From Candidatus Cloacimonadales bacterium (lineage in GTDB: Bacteria; Cloacimonadota; Cloacimonadia; Cloacimonadales; JAIOQZ01), in the NCBI GenBank assembly GCA_963665815.1, contig OY762463.1, forward strand, positions 640,001-704,000: a DNA stretch of 64,000 bases. Reading direction: 5' to 3'. Below the pieces are notes generated by a model. It saw only the letters and a program-made list of their open reading frames with translations. It did not search any database and had not been told where the DNA came from. The translations under genes and the position numbers were made by a program. Within the stretch, counting starts at the first letter, position 1. Each line of letters opens with the position of its first letter. Shown here piece by piece: positions 45,069-54,977 of the stretch.

Positions 45069-45211
45069 TACTTTCTCCTTGATATCCGACTATGCTGAAT
45101 AAAATTTATATCAATGATCTAATACATCCTTATATGAATAAATAATAATTGTTATAGGGAATATGTAAAGAAAATAATTGGAAATACCTAAAATTCTAAG
45201 TGAAAATAAGC

Positions 45212-46204
45212 TTACCCAATCTGTGAATTATATTTTAGAAAATTATAAAAATCATTGCGACCTATACTGTTAATAAGACTAATCTTGTATTGCTCATAAA
45301 ATCCTGATTTCAGATCTCCCCTATCAAAATACCACAAACAGTCTATAAGAATACAGAATTTTAGTAAATCGAATATATGTTTCATTTCTAACTCATTTAA
45401 AGGTCTAATTGAATTGTATATCGCAATTATATTTTTTGCACTTTCGAAATCCAAAGAACATTCATCTGAATTAGTATCTCTCCAATTTTTCCAATTAAAC
45501 TTGAATATTACTGAGTCAATTAACAAAACCAGATCCAACATCAGATATGTATAATTTGCATCATCAAAGTCAATAAGTGCCTGAAATTCATTATTCTTGT
45601 ACAGGATATTGGTAAAATGAAAATCGCAATGGCAAACACCTAATGGAAGTTCCACGTAAAGATTGAGGTTATACATTTCATTTCTGAACCATTTGAATTT
45701 CTCATAGATCGGCTTACTTGGATCTTCACCTATTTTCTTGGTCAATGCCTTCATAATTGATTCAGGATTATAGTTAAAGCGAAATTGCTTGTATTCAGAT
45801 TGAAAGCTTCTGGTGATAACACTCAATTCAGCCGTTTTTTTTACGAGTTCTTCTTCTTGGAGTTTATCAGGATTTACAATGTGAGAACCCTCAATATACG
45901 TGAATAAAGCAATGGGTTTATCCATATGTGTACCGGCATAAGCTCCATCTCTATCCATAATTGCATAAGGACAAGGAAAACCATGATTATAAAGAAAGTT
46001 GATCAACTCAAGTTCAAAATACACAGATTCAAGTAATCTGCCTTGTTGGTAATATCTCAGTACATATCTATCATACTCCGTTCGAATAAGAATATTGATC
46101 TGAACTGTGCCAGATTCAAAATATTCATAGTCTAAAAGTCTTCCTATATTGAACCTACTAACAATTTCTTCAAGATCAGATTTTACTAGTATCTCATTTC
46201 CCAT
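45212..46204 (-). CDS. APH-fold phosphotransferase (type II homoserine kinase-like)
   Basis: YVLRYY, HCDFHFTNIL, LIDFDDA. Confidence 0.85.
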   Translation of the reverse strand: MGNEILVKSDLEEIVSRFNIGRLLDYEYFESGTVQINILIRTEYDRYVLRYYQQGRLLESVYFELELINFLYNHGFPCPYAIMDRDGAYAGTHMDKPIALFTYIEGSHIVNPDKLQEEELVKKTAELSVITRSFQSEYKQFRFNYNPESIMKALTKKIGEDPSKPIYEKFKWFRNEMYNLNLYVELPLGVCHCDFHFTNILYKNNEFQALIDFDDANYTYLMLDLVLLIDSVIFKFNWKNWRDTNSDECSLDFESAKNIIAIYNSIRPLNELEMKHIFDLLKFCILIDCLWYFDRGDLKSGFYEQYKISLINSIGRNDFYNFLKYNSQIG

Positions 46205-47072
46205 ATTTTCTATCCTGATTTAAATCTGAATGATCATTTCCATGTAATATCCTTTGTATATAATCCCTCTGGCTAACCTCTTTGAAAACTTCATACCCTT
46301 TTTCTGCAATCTGTTTTCGTTCTGCATCCCTATGTAGAAAATGCAGACAGGCTGCAACAAGGTCTTTATAGTTGCAGAATACTGCTCCTTTTCTGAATTT
46401 CATTTCCATTTCAAGATCATTACCTGCTTCCGTAATTACGAATTGCTTGTTCGCGAATAGATATGATACTCTAATGATTTCAAATATTGATGCCTCATAG
46501 TAGTGAACATTCAACACTATTTTAGATCGAGCTATATACTTATCCCGCTCTGCCCCATACACATCATATAAATGCTTAACTCTCACTCCTTGTCTGGCAA
46601 GCTCATTCAAAATCTTTATTCTGCGCTCATTCAGACTCCCGTAAAAAAGCACATCAATATCCTTGCTTTCAATATGCATTTCATGTTCAAGTGTTTTATT
46701 ATATCCGATACCGCAATAATTGACATTACATATATTTAATCGCTTCAGTTCTTTTATATTTTGAGGTGAATAATCCCAGACCCTGAATCTCTTCAGTAAC
46801 TCAGGATATTGTCCTTTCATCCAGGGAGATTCCGGACTTATCTGCTCAAGATTGAATATTATGGTGTCTTCAGATAAATATTTAGCTTCACTACCCAGCA
46901 GATTTGCACCGAACACAATAGGAGTTCCTTCAATCTCGTCAACACTGACTGCATGCTTACAATCATATCCGAGTTCCAATAGAGAATCTTTAAATGACAG
47001 AGCAATCTCATCAAATGCACGAGAATGCTTATATTCTTCCGGTGTAACCTGAAACACTGTATATTGTTTCAT
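46194..47072 (-). CDS. Glycosyltransferase, GT-B fold (CgeB/Glyco_trans_1_2-like)
   Basis: DIDVLFYGSLNERR, SKIVLNVH, FEIIRV, ERKQIAEKGY; ATGA overlap with the GT2 stop. Confidence 0.78.
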   Translation of the reverse strand: MKQYTVFQVTPEEYKHSRAFDEIALSFKDSLLELGYDCKHAVSVDEIEGTPIVFGANLLGSEAKYLSEDTIIFNLEQISPESPWMKGQYPELLKRFRVWDYSPQNIKELKRLNICNVNYCGIGYNKTLEHEMHIESKDIDVLFYGSLNERRIKILNELARQGVRVKHLYDVYGAERDKYIARSKIVLNVHYYEASIFEIIRVSYLFANKQFVITEAGNDLEMEMKFRKGAVFCNYKDLVAACLHFLHRDAERKQIAEKGYEVFKEVSQRDYIQRILHGNDHSDLNQDRKYGK

Positions 47073-48031
47073 ACCTGTCTGTTCAACCACATTTCTTTTA
47101 ACAGTTTATACTTTTCAAACAGCTCCTGTGAATCCTTTATATTTCTCGGAAAGCTGATTTCCATTTTTGCATTTCTCAAGAATCTTCTGAACTCTTTTAT
47201 TTCTTCAGATTCACTAAGTACCGAATCTACGTCCAGAGAATATTTGAGTCTATCTAAGGAGTATTCCGGCTTTAAAATGTATCTTCTCTCTGCTTTTTTG
47301 GATTTTATACCAAGGAGATACATAAAGAAATTTGCTGCCATCATTTTTGATAAATCATTGAATTTCTTCTGTTTGAAATCCATGTATTTCTCATCCTTTA
47401 CATCCTCTGTCTCTCCATGATGGAGCATAAGATTATCTTCTCTGATAAACGCACAATTATAACCGGACAGCATTAACCTGATTCCGTAATCAGTGTCCTC
47501 CCAACCATATCTTCCGAAATCTTCACACCAGAATCCAAGTTCTTTATGTATGGCTTTGTTAATGAACACACATCCACCGTAAATCTCGGCAGTATTCTGA
47601 GGTATTTCAAACCTGACACCTTCTGATTCAACTTGATTAACTACCGGAGCATCCGGAGCATTACGGTAAAAGTTATATGATACAGCACCTATATTATTTC
47701 TCTTCCCAGCTTTTAGGATATTTAGAAATGGTTCTGTCCAACCTGCCTGATTTATCTCAATATCGTTATCAAGCTTCACAAAGTAATCTGCATCAGATAG
47801 TTCCCACAAACAGTTTGACGCTGCTGCAATTCCATAGTTACGATTGAGTAATATCAGTTTATCTATGACACCTTCGTCATATAATTTCGTCAGATAATCT
47901 CGAGTACCATCTGCACTGGCGTTATCTGCTATCAGAATGTTAATCTCTTTCTCAGTATATCGTTTTAATGAGTCTATGCACTTTTGGGTCAGTTCCAGTC
48001 TGTTCCAGGTCACGATGCAAATATCTATCAA
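47069..48031 (-). CDS. Glycosyltransferase family 2
   Basis: ICIVTWN, DNASADGT, KLDND, GWEDTDY; AAGGAG RBS before TTG 48031. Confidence 0.9.
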   Translation of the reverse strand: MIDICIVTWNRLELTQKCIDSLKRYTEKEINILIADNASADGTRDYLTKLYDEGVIDKLILLNRNYGIAAASNCLWELSDADYFVKLDNDIEINQAGWTEPFLNILKAGKRNNIGAVSYNFYRNAPDAPVVNQVESEGVRFEIPQNTAEIYGGCVFINKAIHKELGFWCEDFGRYGWEDTDYGIRLMLSGYNCAFIREDNLMLHHGETEDVKDEKYMDFKQKKFNDLSKMMAANFFMYLLGIKSKKAERRYILKPEYSLDRLKYSLDVDSVLSESEEIKEFRRFLRNAKMEISFPRNIKDSQELFEKYKLLKEMWLNRQV

Positions 48032-48312
48032 ACTAATTCTCCTTAAATACGTATTGTAAACATACAAGCAGGTTCTGTCAATTCTTTATCGACCTTTAGA
48101 TGATTTTATAAAGCACTAATTACATTTCGTCTAAATGAATCAAGTGTATTGTGTCTGAACATCTATAATTGATTAGTACTGGAATACGCAATTTATTTGC
48201 AGACTTCAATAGAAATTACAGCAATTCAAATCTTAGGATTGTGAATTTGCTTGACATTGATTGCTATTTAACACCGACTATATAGGAATTTTTATTAGAA
48301 TAAGGAGATTAA

Positions 48313-49080
48313 ATGAAAAAGATAGTTTTCATACTATTTGTTATGTTGCTTTTTATCATAAGCTGTAACAAAAGAGAGAAAATTACAGACCTGAACCAGT
48401 TAGCTGAGAAAGAATTTGCAGTTCCCACAGGAACCATTGCAGATAAGCTTGTACAATCAAAGTTTCCGGACACATCATTCAAGTATTTTAACACAGTACT
48501 TGATGCATGCATGGCTGTAAAAACAGGTAAAGCAGATGCTGCAGCTTACGATGAACCTATCCTTAAAAATATAGCAGCAAAAGTAGAAGGGTTAACCGTA
48601 CTGCCTGACATGATCACCATAGATGAATACGGCTTTGCAGTTGATAAAGAAAATGTAGAACTTAAAAAAGTAATAGATGAAGTTGTGGCATCTTTAAATG
48701 CTGATGGCAGCTATAATGATATGATGAAACGCTGGTTACCGGAACAGGGGGCTCCTGCAGATATGCCTCAATTTGATTACTCCGGTACTGATGGTATTTT
48801 AAGATTTGGAACATCCGCTGTCACTGAGCCATTCTCATTTATTGATGGTAAACAGAATGTTGTTGGACTTGACATTGAAATTGCTTCACTCGTTGCAAAA
48901 AAAATGAATATGAAACTCGAAATAGTAAATATGGATTTTGGTGCGATGATACCGGCTGTTCTTTCCAAAAAAGTTGATTTTATAGGTGCCTGCATTACAA
49001 TTTCTGAAGAAAGAAAACAGAAAGTACTTTTCTCAGAACCATATTACAAGGGTGGGATTGCTGCACTTGTTGCAGAATAA
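48313..49080 (+). CDS. Polar amino acid ABC substrate-binding lipoprotein (circularly permuted)
   Basis: IISC lipobox; SBP family 3 motifs AVPTGT, GKADA, EPFSF, GLDIEIA, FSEPYY. Confidence 0.88.
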   Translation: MKKIVFILFVMLLFIISCNKREKITDLNQLAEKEFAVPTGTIADKLVQSKFPDTSFKYFNTVLDACMAVKTGKADAAAYDEPILKNIAAKVEGLTVLPDMITIDEYGFAVDKENVELKKVIDEVVASLNADGSYNDMMKRWLPEQGAPADMPQFDYSGTDGILRFGTSAVTEPFSFIDGKQNVVGLDIEIASLVAKKMNMKLEIVNMDFGAMIPAVLSKKVDFIGACITISEERKQKVLFSEPYYKGGIAALVAE

Positions 49081-49118
49081 AAACCTTATTTTTGAAATAA
49101 AAACTTTGTCATCTAATG

Positions 49119-49138
49119 AGCCGATTGTAAAATCGGCT
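49119..49138 (+). terminator. Intergenic stem-loop (mRNA stability or attenuation)
   Basis: AGCCGATT-GTAA-AATCGGCT. Confidence 0.5.
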
Positions 49139-49154
49139 TATCTTTAATAAAGGG

Positions 49155-49838
49155 ATGTTTATGGATTCTTTAGTATCAAGCTTTGTTAATAATATCATTG
49201 TTGAAGACCGTTATCTGTTAATTATTGACGGTCTGCTTACAACAATTACTATTACTTTACTATCTGTTCTGTTCGGGGTTTTACTGGGAAGTATTATCTG
49301 TATGCTGAGAATGTCGGGAAACAAAATACTTTCCGGATTTGCCAGAGCTTATATATCCATTCTAAGAGGTACACCACTACTGGTACTGCTGATGCTGATT
49401 TTCTATGTTGTTTTCGCATCAGTGGATATTGACCCTGTTCTGGTTGCAGTTATAGCATTCGGATTAAACTTTGGAGCTTATTCCTCAGAGATATTCCGTA
49501 ATGGGATTAACAGTGTTCCAAAGGGACAGACTGAAGCCGGTCTTTCCATGGGATTCTCCGCTTACCAGACTTTCATCCATATAATCCTCCCACAGGCATT
49601 AAAGAGAATTATCCCTGTACTTAAAGGGGAAATTATCACATTGCTGAAAACTACTTCTATTGTTGGTTATATTGCTGTGCAGGATTTAACCAAAGCAAGC
49701 GATCTGATTCGCGCCAGAACATTTGACCCGTTTTTCCCTCTTGTACTGATTGCGATTATTTACTTCCTTCTGTCAAAGCTTCTTACGGTACTACTTGATT
49801 TTGCAGGCAACCATCTGATTCATGGTGGTTCAAAATGA
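49155..49838 (+). CDS. Polar amino acid ABC permease
   Basis: [35 protein letters not shown]. Confidence 0.94.
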   Translation: MFMDSLVSSFVNNIIVEDRYLLIIDGLLTTITITLLSVLFGVLLGSIICMLRMSGNKILSGFARAYISILRGTPLLVLLMLIFYVVFASVDIDPVLVAVIAFGLNFGAYSSEIFRNGINSVPKGQTEAGLSMGFSAYQTFIHIILPQALKRIIPVLKGEIITLLKTTSIVGYIAVQDLTKASDLIRARTFDPFFPLVLIAIIYFLLSKLLTVLLDFAGNHLIHGGSK

Positions 49839-50929
49839 TCAAAGTACGAAATTTAAAGAAATCATTTGGTGATACTTTGGTCCTGAAAGATGTTAATGCA
49901 GAAATCAGTAAAGGTGAGGTCATATCAATTATCGGACCATCAGGAACCGGTAAATCAACATTCCTGCGGTGTCTTAATCTGCTTGAAGTACCTGACTCCG
50001 GAGAGATACAATTCCAGAGCAAAGACCTTCTTGCCGACTCTACTGATATAAGTCTTGTACGTCAAAAAATGGGGATGGTTTTCCAGGCATTTAATCTGTT
50101 TGAACACTTGACGGTAATCCACAATCTTACGATTGCCCCAATCAAGTTACTGGGTATGAGCAAATCCAAAGCACACAAGAAAGCTATCGAAACACTCAAG
50201 AAAGTAGGGCTGACTGAGAAGGCGGACAGTTACCCGGATGAATTGTCCGGAGGCCAGAAACAGCGTGTAGCCATTGCCAGATGCCTGATGATGAATCCGG
50301 AGGTCATATTATTTGATGAACCGACATCAGCTCTTGATCCAACCATGGTCGGAGAGGTATTATCAGTAATAAAAAACCTCGCAAAAACTGGAATGACAAT
50401 GGTGATAGTAACTCACGAAATGGACTTCGCAAGAGATGTTTCAGACAGAGTATTCTATATGGATCAGGGAATTATTTTTGAGAACGGTTCTCCTGAACAG
50501 ATATTTGAATCACCGCTGACAATTGAAGCGGATGTATTTATTAACAGAATTAAGAATTTCCATTACAGCATAAAATCCAGAAACTATGACCTTTATGCTC
50601 TTAATGCAGAAATAGTAACATTTGCAGAGAGACAGTTCCTGAACAAACTATTGATTGAGAGAATCGAACTTGTTACAGAGGAAATCATTCAGATGTATCT
50701 TGATAACAGTGCTACAGTCGATGCTGAACTTGAAATAGCTTATTCAGGTAAAAAGAAGCAGTTGCAAATAATCCTGAACTACAAAGGCAGCAAACACGAT
50801 GTATTTGAGATGTCAGATAATGCTATCTCTCGCAAGTTGTTGGAAAGCTATACAGATAAGATAGAATATGAATATTTAGGTGACAATCGAATTGTACTTT
50901 TCGTAAAACTTGATCACATTGATCATTAA
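49835..50929 (+). CDS. Polar amino acid ABC ATPase with about 120-aa C-terminal extension
   Basis: [27 protein letters not shown]. Confidence 0.93.
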   Translation: MIKVRNLKKSFGDTLVLKDVNAEISKGEVISIIGPSGTGKSTFLRCLNLLEVPDSGEIQFQSKDLLADSTDISLVRQKMGMVFQAFNLFEHLTVIHNLTIAPIKLLGMSKSKAHKKAIETLKKVGLTEKADSYPDELSGGQKQRVAIARCLMMNPEVILFDEPTSALDPTMVGEVLSVIKNLAKTGMTMVIVTHEMDFARDVSDRVFYMDQGIIFENGSPEQIFESPLTIEADVFINRIKNFHYSIKSRNYDLYALNAEIVTFAERQFLNKLLIERIELVTEEIIQMYLDNSATVDAELEIAYSGKKKQLQIILNYKGSKHDVFEMSDNAISRKLLESYTDKIEYEYLGDNRIVLFVKLDHIDH

Positions 50930-51948
50930 GATTTTTTTGTCTGATTTTCAGCCAGAAAATATATCTGCCATAGCTCTTTTACAGATTGATTAAGTAAAGG
51001 AGAAACCACTTTCTGACCAGACTTTCCTATACTTTTTTTCAAGTATTCCAGTTCTTTGAACTTGTCCTTAATTTCCTGTTCAACCGGTTCATTGAATCCT
51101 GCTTCTCGCATCATAAGAACCCCCTTAGACCTTATAGCTAATTCCAGGTAAACTCTTAAATAGCAGTGAAGATCTAAAACAATCTCAGGAGTAAAGCTGG
51201 ATGAGAATCTGGACATATATTGCCCTGTTTTCGAGTCTTTAAACTTTCCGCTCTTCAGGTTGTTAAGCAGCTCAACGTTTGTATCAAAACCTGTTTGAAG
51301 CCATTTCTTAAGTCCCTTTTCACTCTCAGTAAATACAAAACTGATTATTACCGGAAGAACAATGACCTGAGAAATAACTTTGTATAATGGATCAATGCTG
51401 AGTGTATTAAATGCAAAATGGATTGATGCAGCAGCAATATACCCGGGGAAAAATCTACTTACTTGAAAAGTGGTACTTTTACTAATTAGCATTATTGATA
51501 TCATGGAAAAGATTGCCGTTGTACCACCATGCATTATTGCAGTACCAAAACCTCTGACAATCCAGAAATAGATTCCTGAGTCATGTATATAAGTCAGATA
51601 ATAGATATTCTCAAAAATTGCAAAGCCACATCCGACAGAAAATCCGGATATTGCTGCATCGATAGTAAATCCTATCTTATTTCTTCTTATCAGAATGATT
51701 GGCATTATCACCTTTAAAGCTTCCTCAAGAAATGGAGCAATGTATCTTATCAGAACACTGTCTGCAACACCAAAATGATTTAAGAGCGAAAAGTTTGCAA
51801 TCCAGGCAACAATAGCGACAATAAGACCTGAACCGATATAAATCAAAATCCTTCTATAGCTCATCAGCTTGTATGAGTCAAGAAAAGCCAGAAGTGCAGA
51901 GAACAATACTATCGGGGCAATACTTATCAGAATATCTAAAACTAACAT
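50926..51948 (-). CDS. prsW: PrsW family intramembrane metalloprotease
   Basis: [28 protein letters not shown]; about 7 TM helices plus a soluble C-terminal tail. Confidence 0.85.
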   Translation of the reverse strand: MLVLDILISIAPIVLFSALLAFLDSYKLMSYRRILIYIGSGLIVAIVAWIANFSLLNHFGVADSVLIRYIAPFLEEALKVIMPIILIRRNKIGFTIDAAISGFSVGCGFAIFENIYYLTYIHDSGIYFWIVRGFGTAIMHGGTTAIFSMISIMLISKSTTFQVSRFFPGYIAAASIHFAFNTLSIDPLYKVISQVIVLPVIISFVFTESEKGLKKWLQTGFDTNVELLNNLKSGKFKDSKTGQYMSRFSSSFTPEIVLDLHCYLRVYLELAIRSKGVLMMREAGFNEPVEQEIKDKFKELEYLKKSIGKSGQKVVSPLLNQSVKELWQIYFLAENQTKKS

Positions 51949-51954
51949 GGCATC

Positions 51955-54885
51955 CTATAGTATTTTAAGACTGAACATGATTTCTTCTTCTCGGTTGCTG
52001 TCTCTATCCCAACCTGTAGAATAACCAATTGAGAAAGTTGTCTTAATGAATGAGAGAGTCACAACTCTTAAATCTATCTGAGTTCCTGCATTATAATAGT
52101 ATGCCTTATCGTCATTATCAATGTCAGTATGGATAATCGATCCAAAAAGAGACATTCTGAGCCATCTCATGTAAAATGCAGCGTTTCCTATTTCTTCAAA
52201 TCTTAGTGGTGGTAAATTCAGTTCCAACATATTTCTTACGAAAGATTTACCTTTGATTTCATTTATATCAAATCCTGGAAACGAGCTGTATTTCCTGTAC
52301 TGTTTCTCATGTTTCTTTTCTACATAGTTGTTACCAAAACCACCAAAATAGTAATTACTGAAAGAGTCTTTTCTATCGCCAAAAGCATAACCTGCAGCAG
52401 ACCTGAGAAATATTGATGTATGTTTAACAGGAAGTAAATAACCCAGCGAAAAATCTCCGTGAATTTTCGGATGAATATCTGAATTTACTTTTGTTCCCTG
52501 TACATTCACTGAAAATGCAGCTCCCTGCTCATCATCTACATGTCCCAGAGAGTTCTGAAAGAATTTGTAATCCAGTTTTGCTGCTGCAACATACATTTCA
52601 GTAAAATCAGAGCCTATTTTCTGATACTCAGGAAGTTTTTTCAGGTCTCCATAACCATCAAAATCCAGAGAAAGATTCATCATCTCAGGTTTATTGTAAA
52701 TCAGGCTTTGAGTAAAACCTGCACCATAAGAATATCCCTTTCTACTCACTTTTACTGGGCCGAATATATCGTAGAAATCAGCCTTATTGTAAGTTCCTCG
52801 CAAGTTGAACATCCTGTAAGAATATCTACAGCCCAGATGCAGCTTCTCTTCATCTTTTAAATTATCACCAATCGGAGAGTAAGATACGGATAGTTTAATG
52901 CTGTTGAATCCGATATCATCCGAGTAGTTCATAAGATAACCATAAGCCATATAGTCTTTATAGCCTTCAATAATGGGATAAGTACCTTTATTTCGAAAAT
53001 TGCGGATATAACTGTATTTTCCTTCATATGTTTTGAGAGAATCCAGATTAATTTTTGCAGGCGAGCCATCTCCCCACTCTTTTATGTATGGATACTTCTC
53101 ATAAACTTTCTGTCCAAGGAAAGCAATAGCACTGACATTTTCCACATTTTCATTCTTTATAAATCCCGGCTGCCATCCTTTACCACCAACATAGTTATAG
53201 ACAATAAGACTATCATTGCTTATCGGAAGAGGACGAAAGAATCCGGTTTCGCTGTTGGATATGATTGATATATCATTTTCTTCAAAATCGTATCTGTATA
53301 TGTTTGAAACTCCTGAATAATAGGATGTACCAAACAAATATCGACCATCATCTGAGAATACAAAATTTGCCGGAGAGCTGTAGTCAAAGTCATAGATCAG
53401 ATTTTCTACTACCTTGCCTGACTGCAATGCAGCCATATCATAATACACAAGCTTCTGATTTCCATCTATCTGTGTCAGTGCCCCGGTTAGTTTTGTTCCA
53501 TCTGGAGAAATGTCCAGATCATATAAGTCGCTTCCATACTCAAATGCATAAATTGCAGTCCAGTCTTTATATGGAGGATCGATTTTCACAATTGTGGAGA
53601 TACCGTTCTCATGCCTGATACCCCATATTGATTTATCTACCTTATTCAGAGCCAGTTCTCCTGTTCGACTGTCTCGAATCAACAATTCTGTTTTCCCTGT
53701 TGATATATCAACAGTGTTAAGGTCTCTTCTGTAAAAGTTGTCTGTAGTAAATATTATTCTGTTCTCATCTTCAATGTAGACAGGATTGGTTGTAAAATAT
53801 GTGGAGGCACCTTTGATATTACATATCTTTCTTTTCTTTCCGGATTCCAGATCAATTTCCATCAAACCTGGTAATTGACCTGCATACTTCACACCTACAA
53901 ACAGTTTTTTTCTGTCTTTGCTCAGGTAACTACGCGAAACTGATCCCATTGGTTTTGAACCATTCACAGGTCTGAAATCAGTAACCGGATTCTGTCTTAT
54001 TCTTTGCAGATTCATCAGTTGAAACTCTCTTTCAAACTCAATCCATCGATCCCATTCCTCAGAAAGGTTTTTGTTATATACTTTAGTAAACTGCGAAGCG
54101 TAAAAACCCTTTGACTCTTTGTCTCTTTTCACCCATTCAACAAGTTTATCCGGACCATACATATAAGCGAGATATCCGAAAAAACGTGTGCCATACATAT
54201 AAGAGTTAGCTCCAACCTGAAAGTCAATTGCTGTTCCTTCCGCTTCCAGCCCCACCATTCTGTAGAAATGGGCATCATCTTTAATCATTCCACGGAAAAC
54301 CATTTCATCATAGGCACCCATTGCCCTGCCTATACCACCTCCCATCCAGGTTTCCATAGAGACGGCTATTCCTTCATGATACCATCTGGGAGCGTATTTT
54401 CTTGGGTTTGTAAGATATCCGTAGAGAAATGTTATAGGATCATCTGCAGTATGCTGTATTTTGCTTCTGAATAGCTTTCTGAAAAAGTAATCCTGAGGAG
54501 AATACATATCCATAGCCAACACATGAGTAAGTTCATGGTGCATAAGTAAACTCATTCGTTCTGCTGCAGGAGCAACTTCAAAAACATACATATACGGAGA
54601 CATACTGATATAAACAAAATTGTTTGTAACAGCTGTTGCTCCACCATTAGACCAATCAGAGAAATCCTCAATGAATATTGATGTTTTTTCGTATGGTTTA
54701 TACTTCCAGAAATCCTTATAGTAATCCCATGTCCTCAAATAGCATCTTGAAATATGAGGTATGATATAGCTATGAGAATTACTGTAGTATATTAAATTCA
54801 TGTCATCTGTTTTGATATTGTTTAAAGGAAATGAAAATATCAGCACATTAACTGCTAGCAAAATCAATGTCATTTTGAATTTCAT
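51955..54885 (-). CDS. Large exported protein: gluzincin-type peptidase domain, TolB-like propeller and C-terminal outer-membrane beta-barrel
   Basis: Signal peptide; HELTH...PRWYHEGIA; DISPDG and VFSDDG blades; aromatic amphipathic strands in the last ~350 aa. Confidence 0.72.
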   Translation of the reverse strand: MKFKMTLILLAVNVLIFSFPLNNIKTDDMNLIYYSNSHSYIIPHISRCYLRTWDYYKDFWKYKPYEKTSIFIEDFSDWSNGGATAVTNNFVYISMSPYMYVFEVAPAAERMSLLMHHELTHVLAMDMYSPQDYFFRKLFRSKIQHTADDPITFLYGYLTNPRKYAPRWYHEGIAVSMETWMGGGIGRAMGAYDEMVFRGMIKDDAHFYRMVGLEAEGTAIDFQVGANSYMYGTRFFGYLAYMYGPDKLVEWVKRDKESKGFYASQFTKVYNKNLSEEWDRWIEFEREFQLMNLQRIRQNPVTDFRPVNGSKPMGSVSRSYLSKDRKKLFVGVKYAGQLPGLMEIDLESGKKRKICNIKGASTYFTTNPVYIEDENRIIFTTDNFYRRDLNTVDISTGKTELLIRDSRTGELALNKVDKSIWGIRHENGISTIVKIDPPYKDWTAIYAFEYGSDLYDLDISPDGTKLTGALTQIDGNQKLVYYDMAALQSGKVVENLIYDFDYSSPANFVFSDDGRYLFGTSYYSGVSNIYRYDFEENDISIISNSETGFFRPLPISNDSLIVYNYVGGKGWQPGFIKNENVENVSAIAFLGQKVYEKYPYIKEWGDGSPAKINLDSLKTYEGKYSYIRNFRNKGTYPIIEGYKDYMAYGYLMNYSDDIGFNSIKLSVSYSPIGDNLKDEEKLHLGCRYSYRMFNLRGTYNKADFYDIFGPVKVSRKGYSYGAGFTQSLIYNKPEMMNLSLDFDGYGDLKKLPEYQKIGSDFTEMYVAAAKLDYKFFQNSLGHVDDEQGAAFSVNVQGTKVNSDIHPKIHGDFSLGYLLPVKHTSIFLRSAAGYAFGDRKDSFSNYYFGGFGNNYVEKKHEKQYRKYSSFPGFDINEIKGKSFVRNMLELNLPPLRFEEIGNAAFYMRWLRMSLFGSIIHTDIDNDDKAYYYNAGTQIDLRVVTLSFIKTTFSIGYSTGWDRDSNREEEIMFSLKIL

Positions 54886-54943
54886 AGAAATTTTAAACTC
54901 CTGTAACTTATTTTGAGAGAACCTGATTGGAACATATAAATGT

Positions 54944-54969
54944 AAAAAAAAGAGCCGAATAAACGGCTC
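54944..54969 (-). terminator. Intrinsic terminator after the 308-aa gene
   Basis: GAGCCG-TTTATT-CGGCTC plus T8 on the minus strand. Confidence 0.7.
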
Positions 54970-54977
54970 AGAACTTT

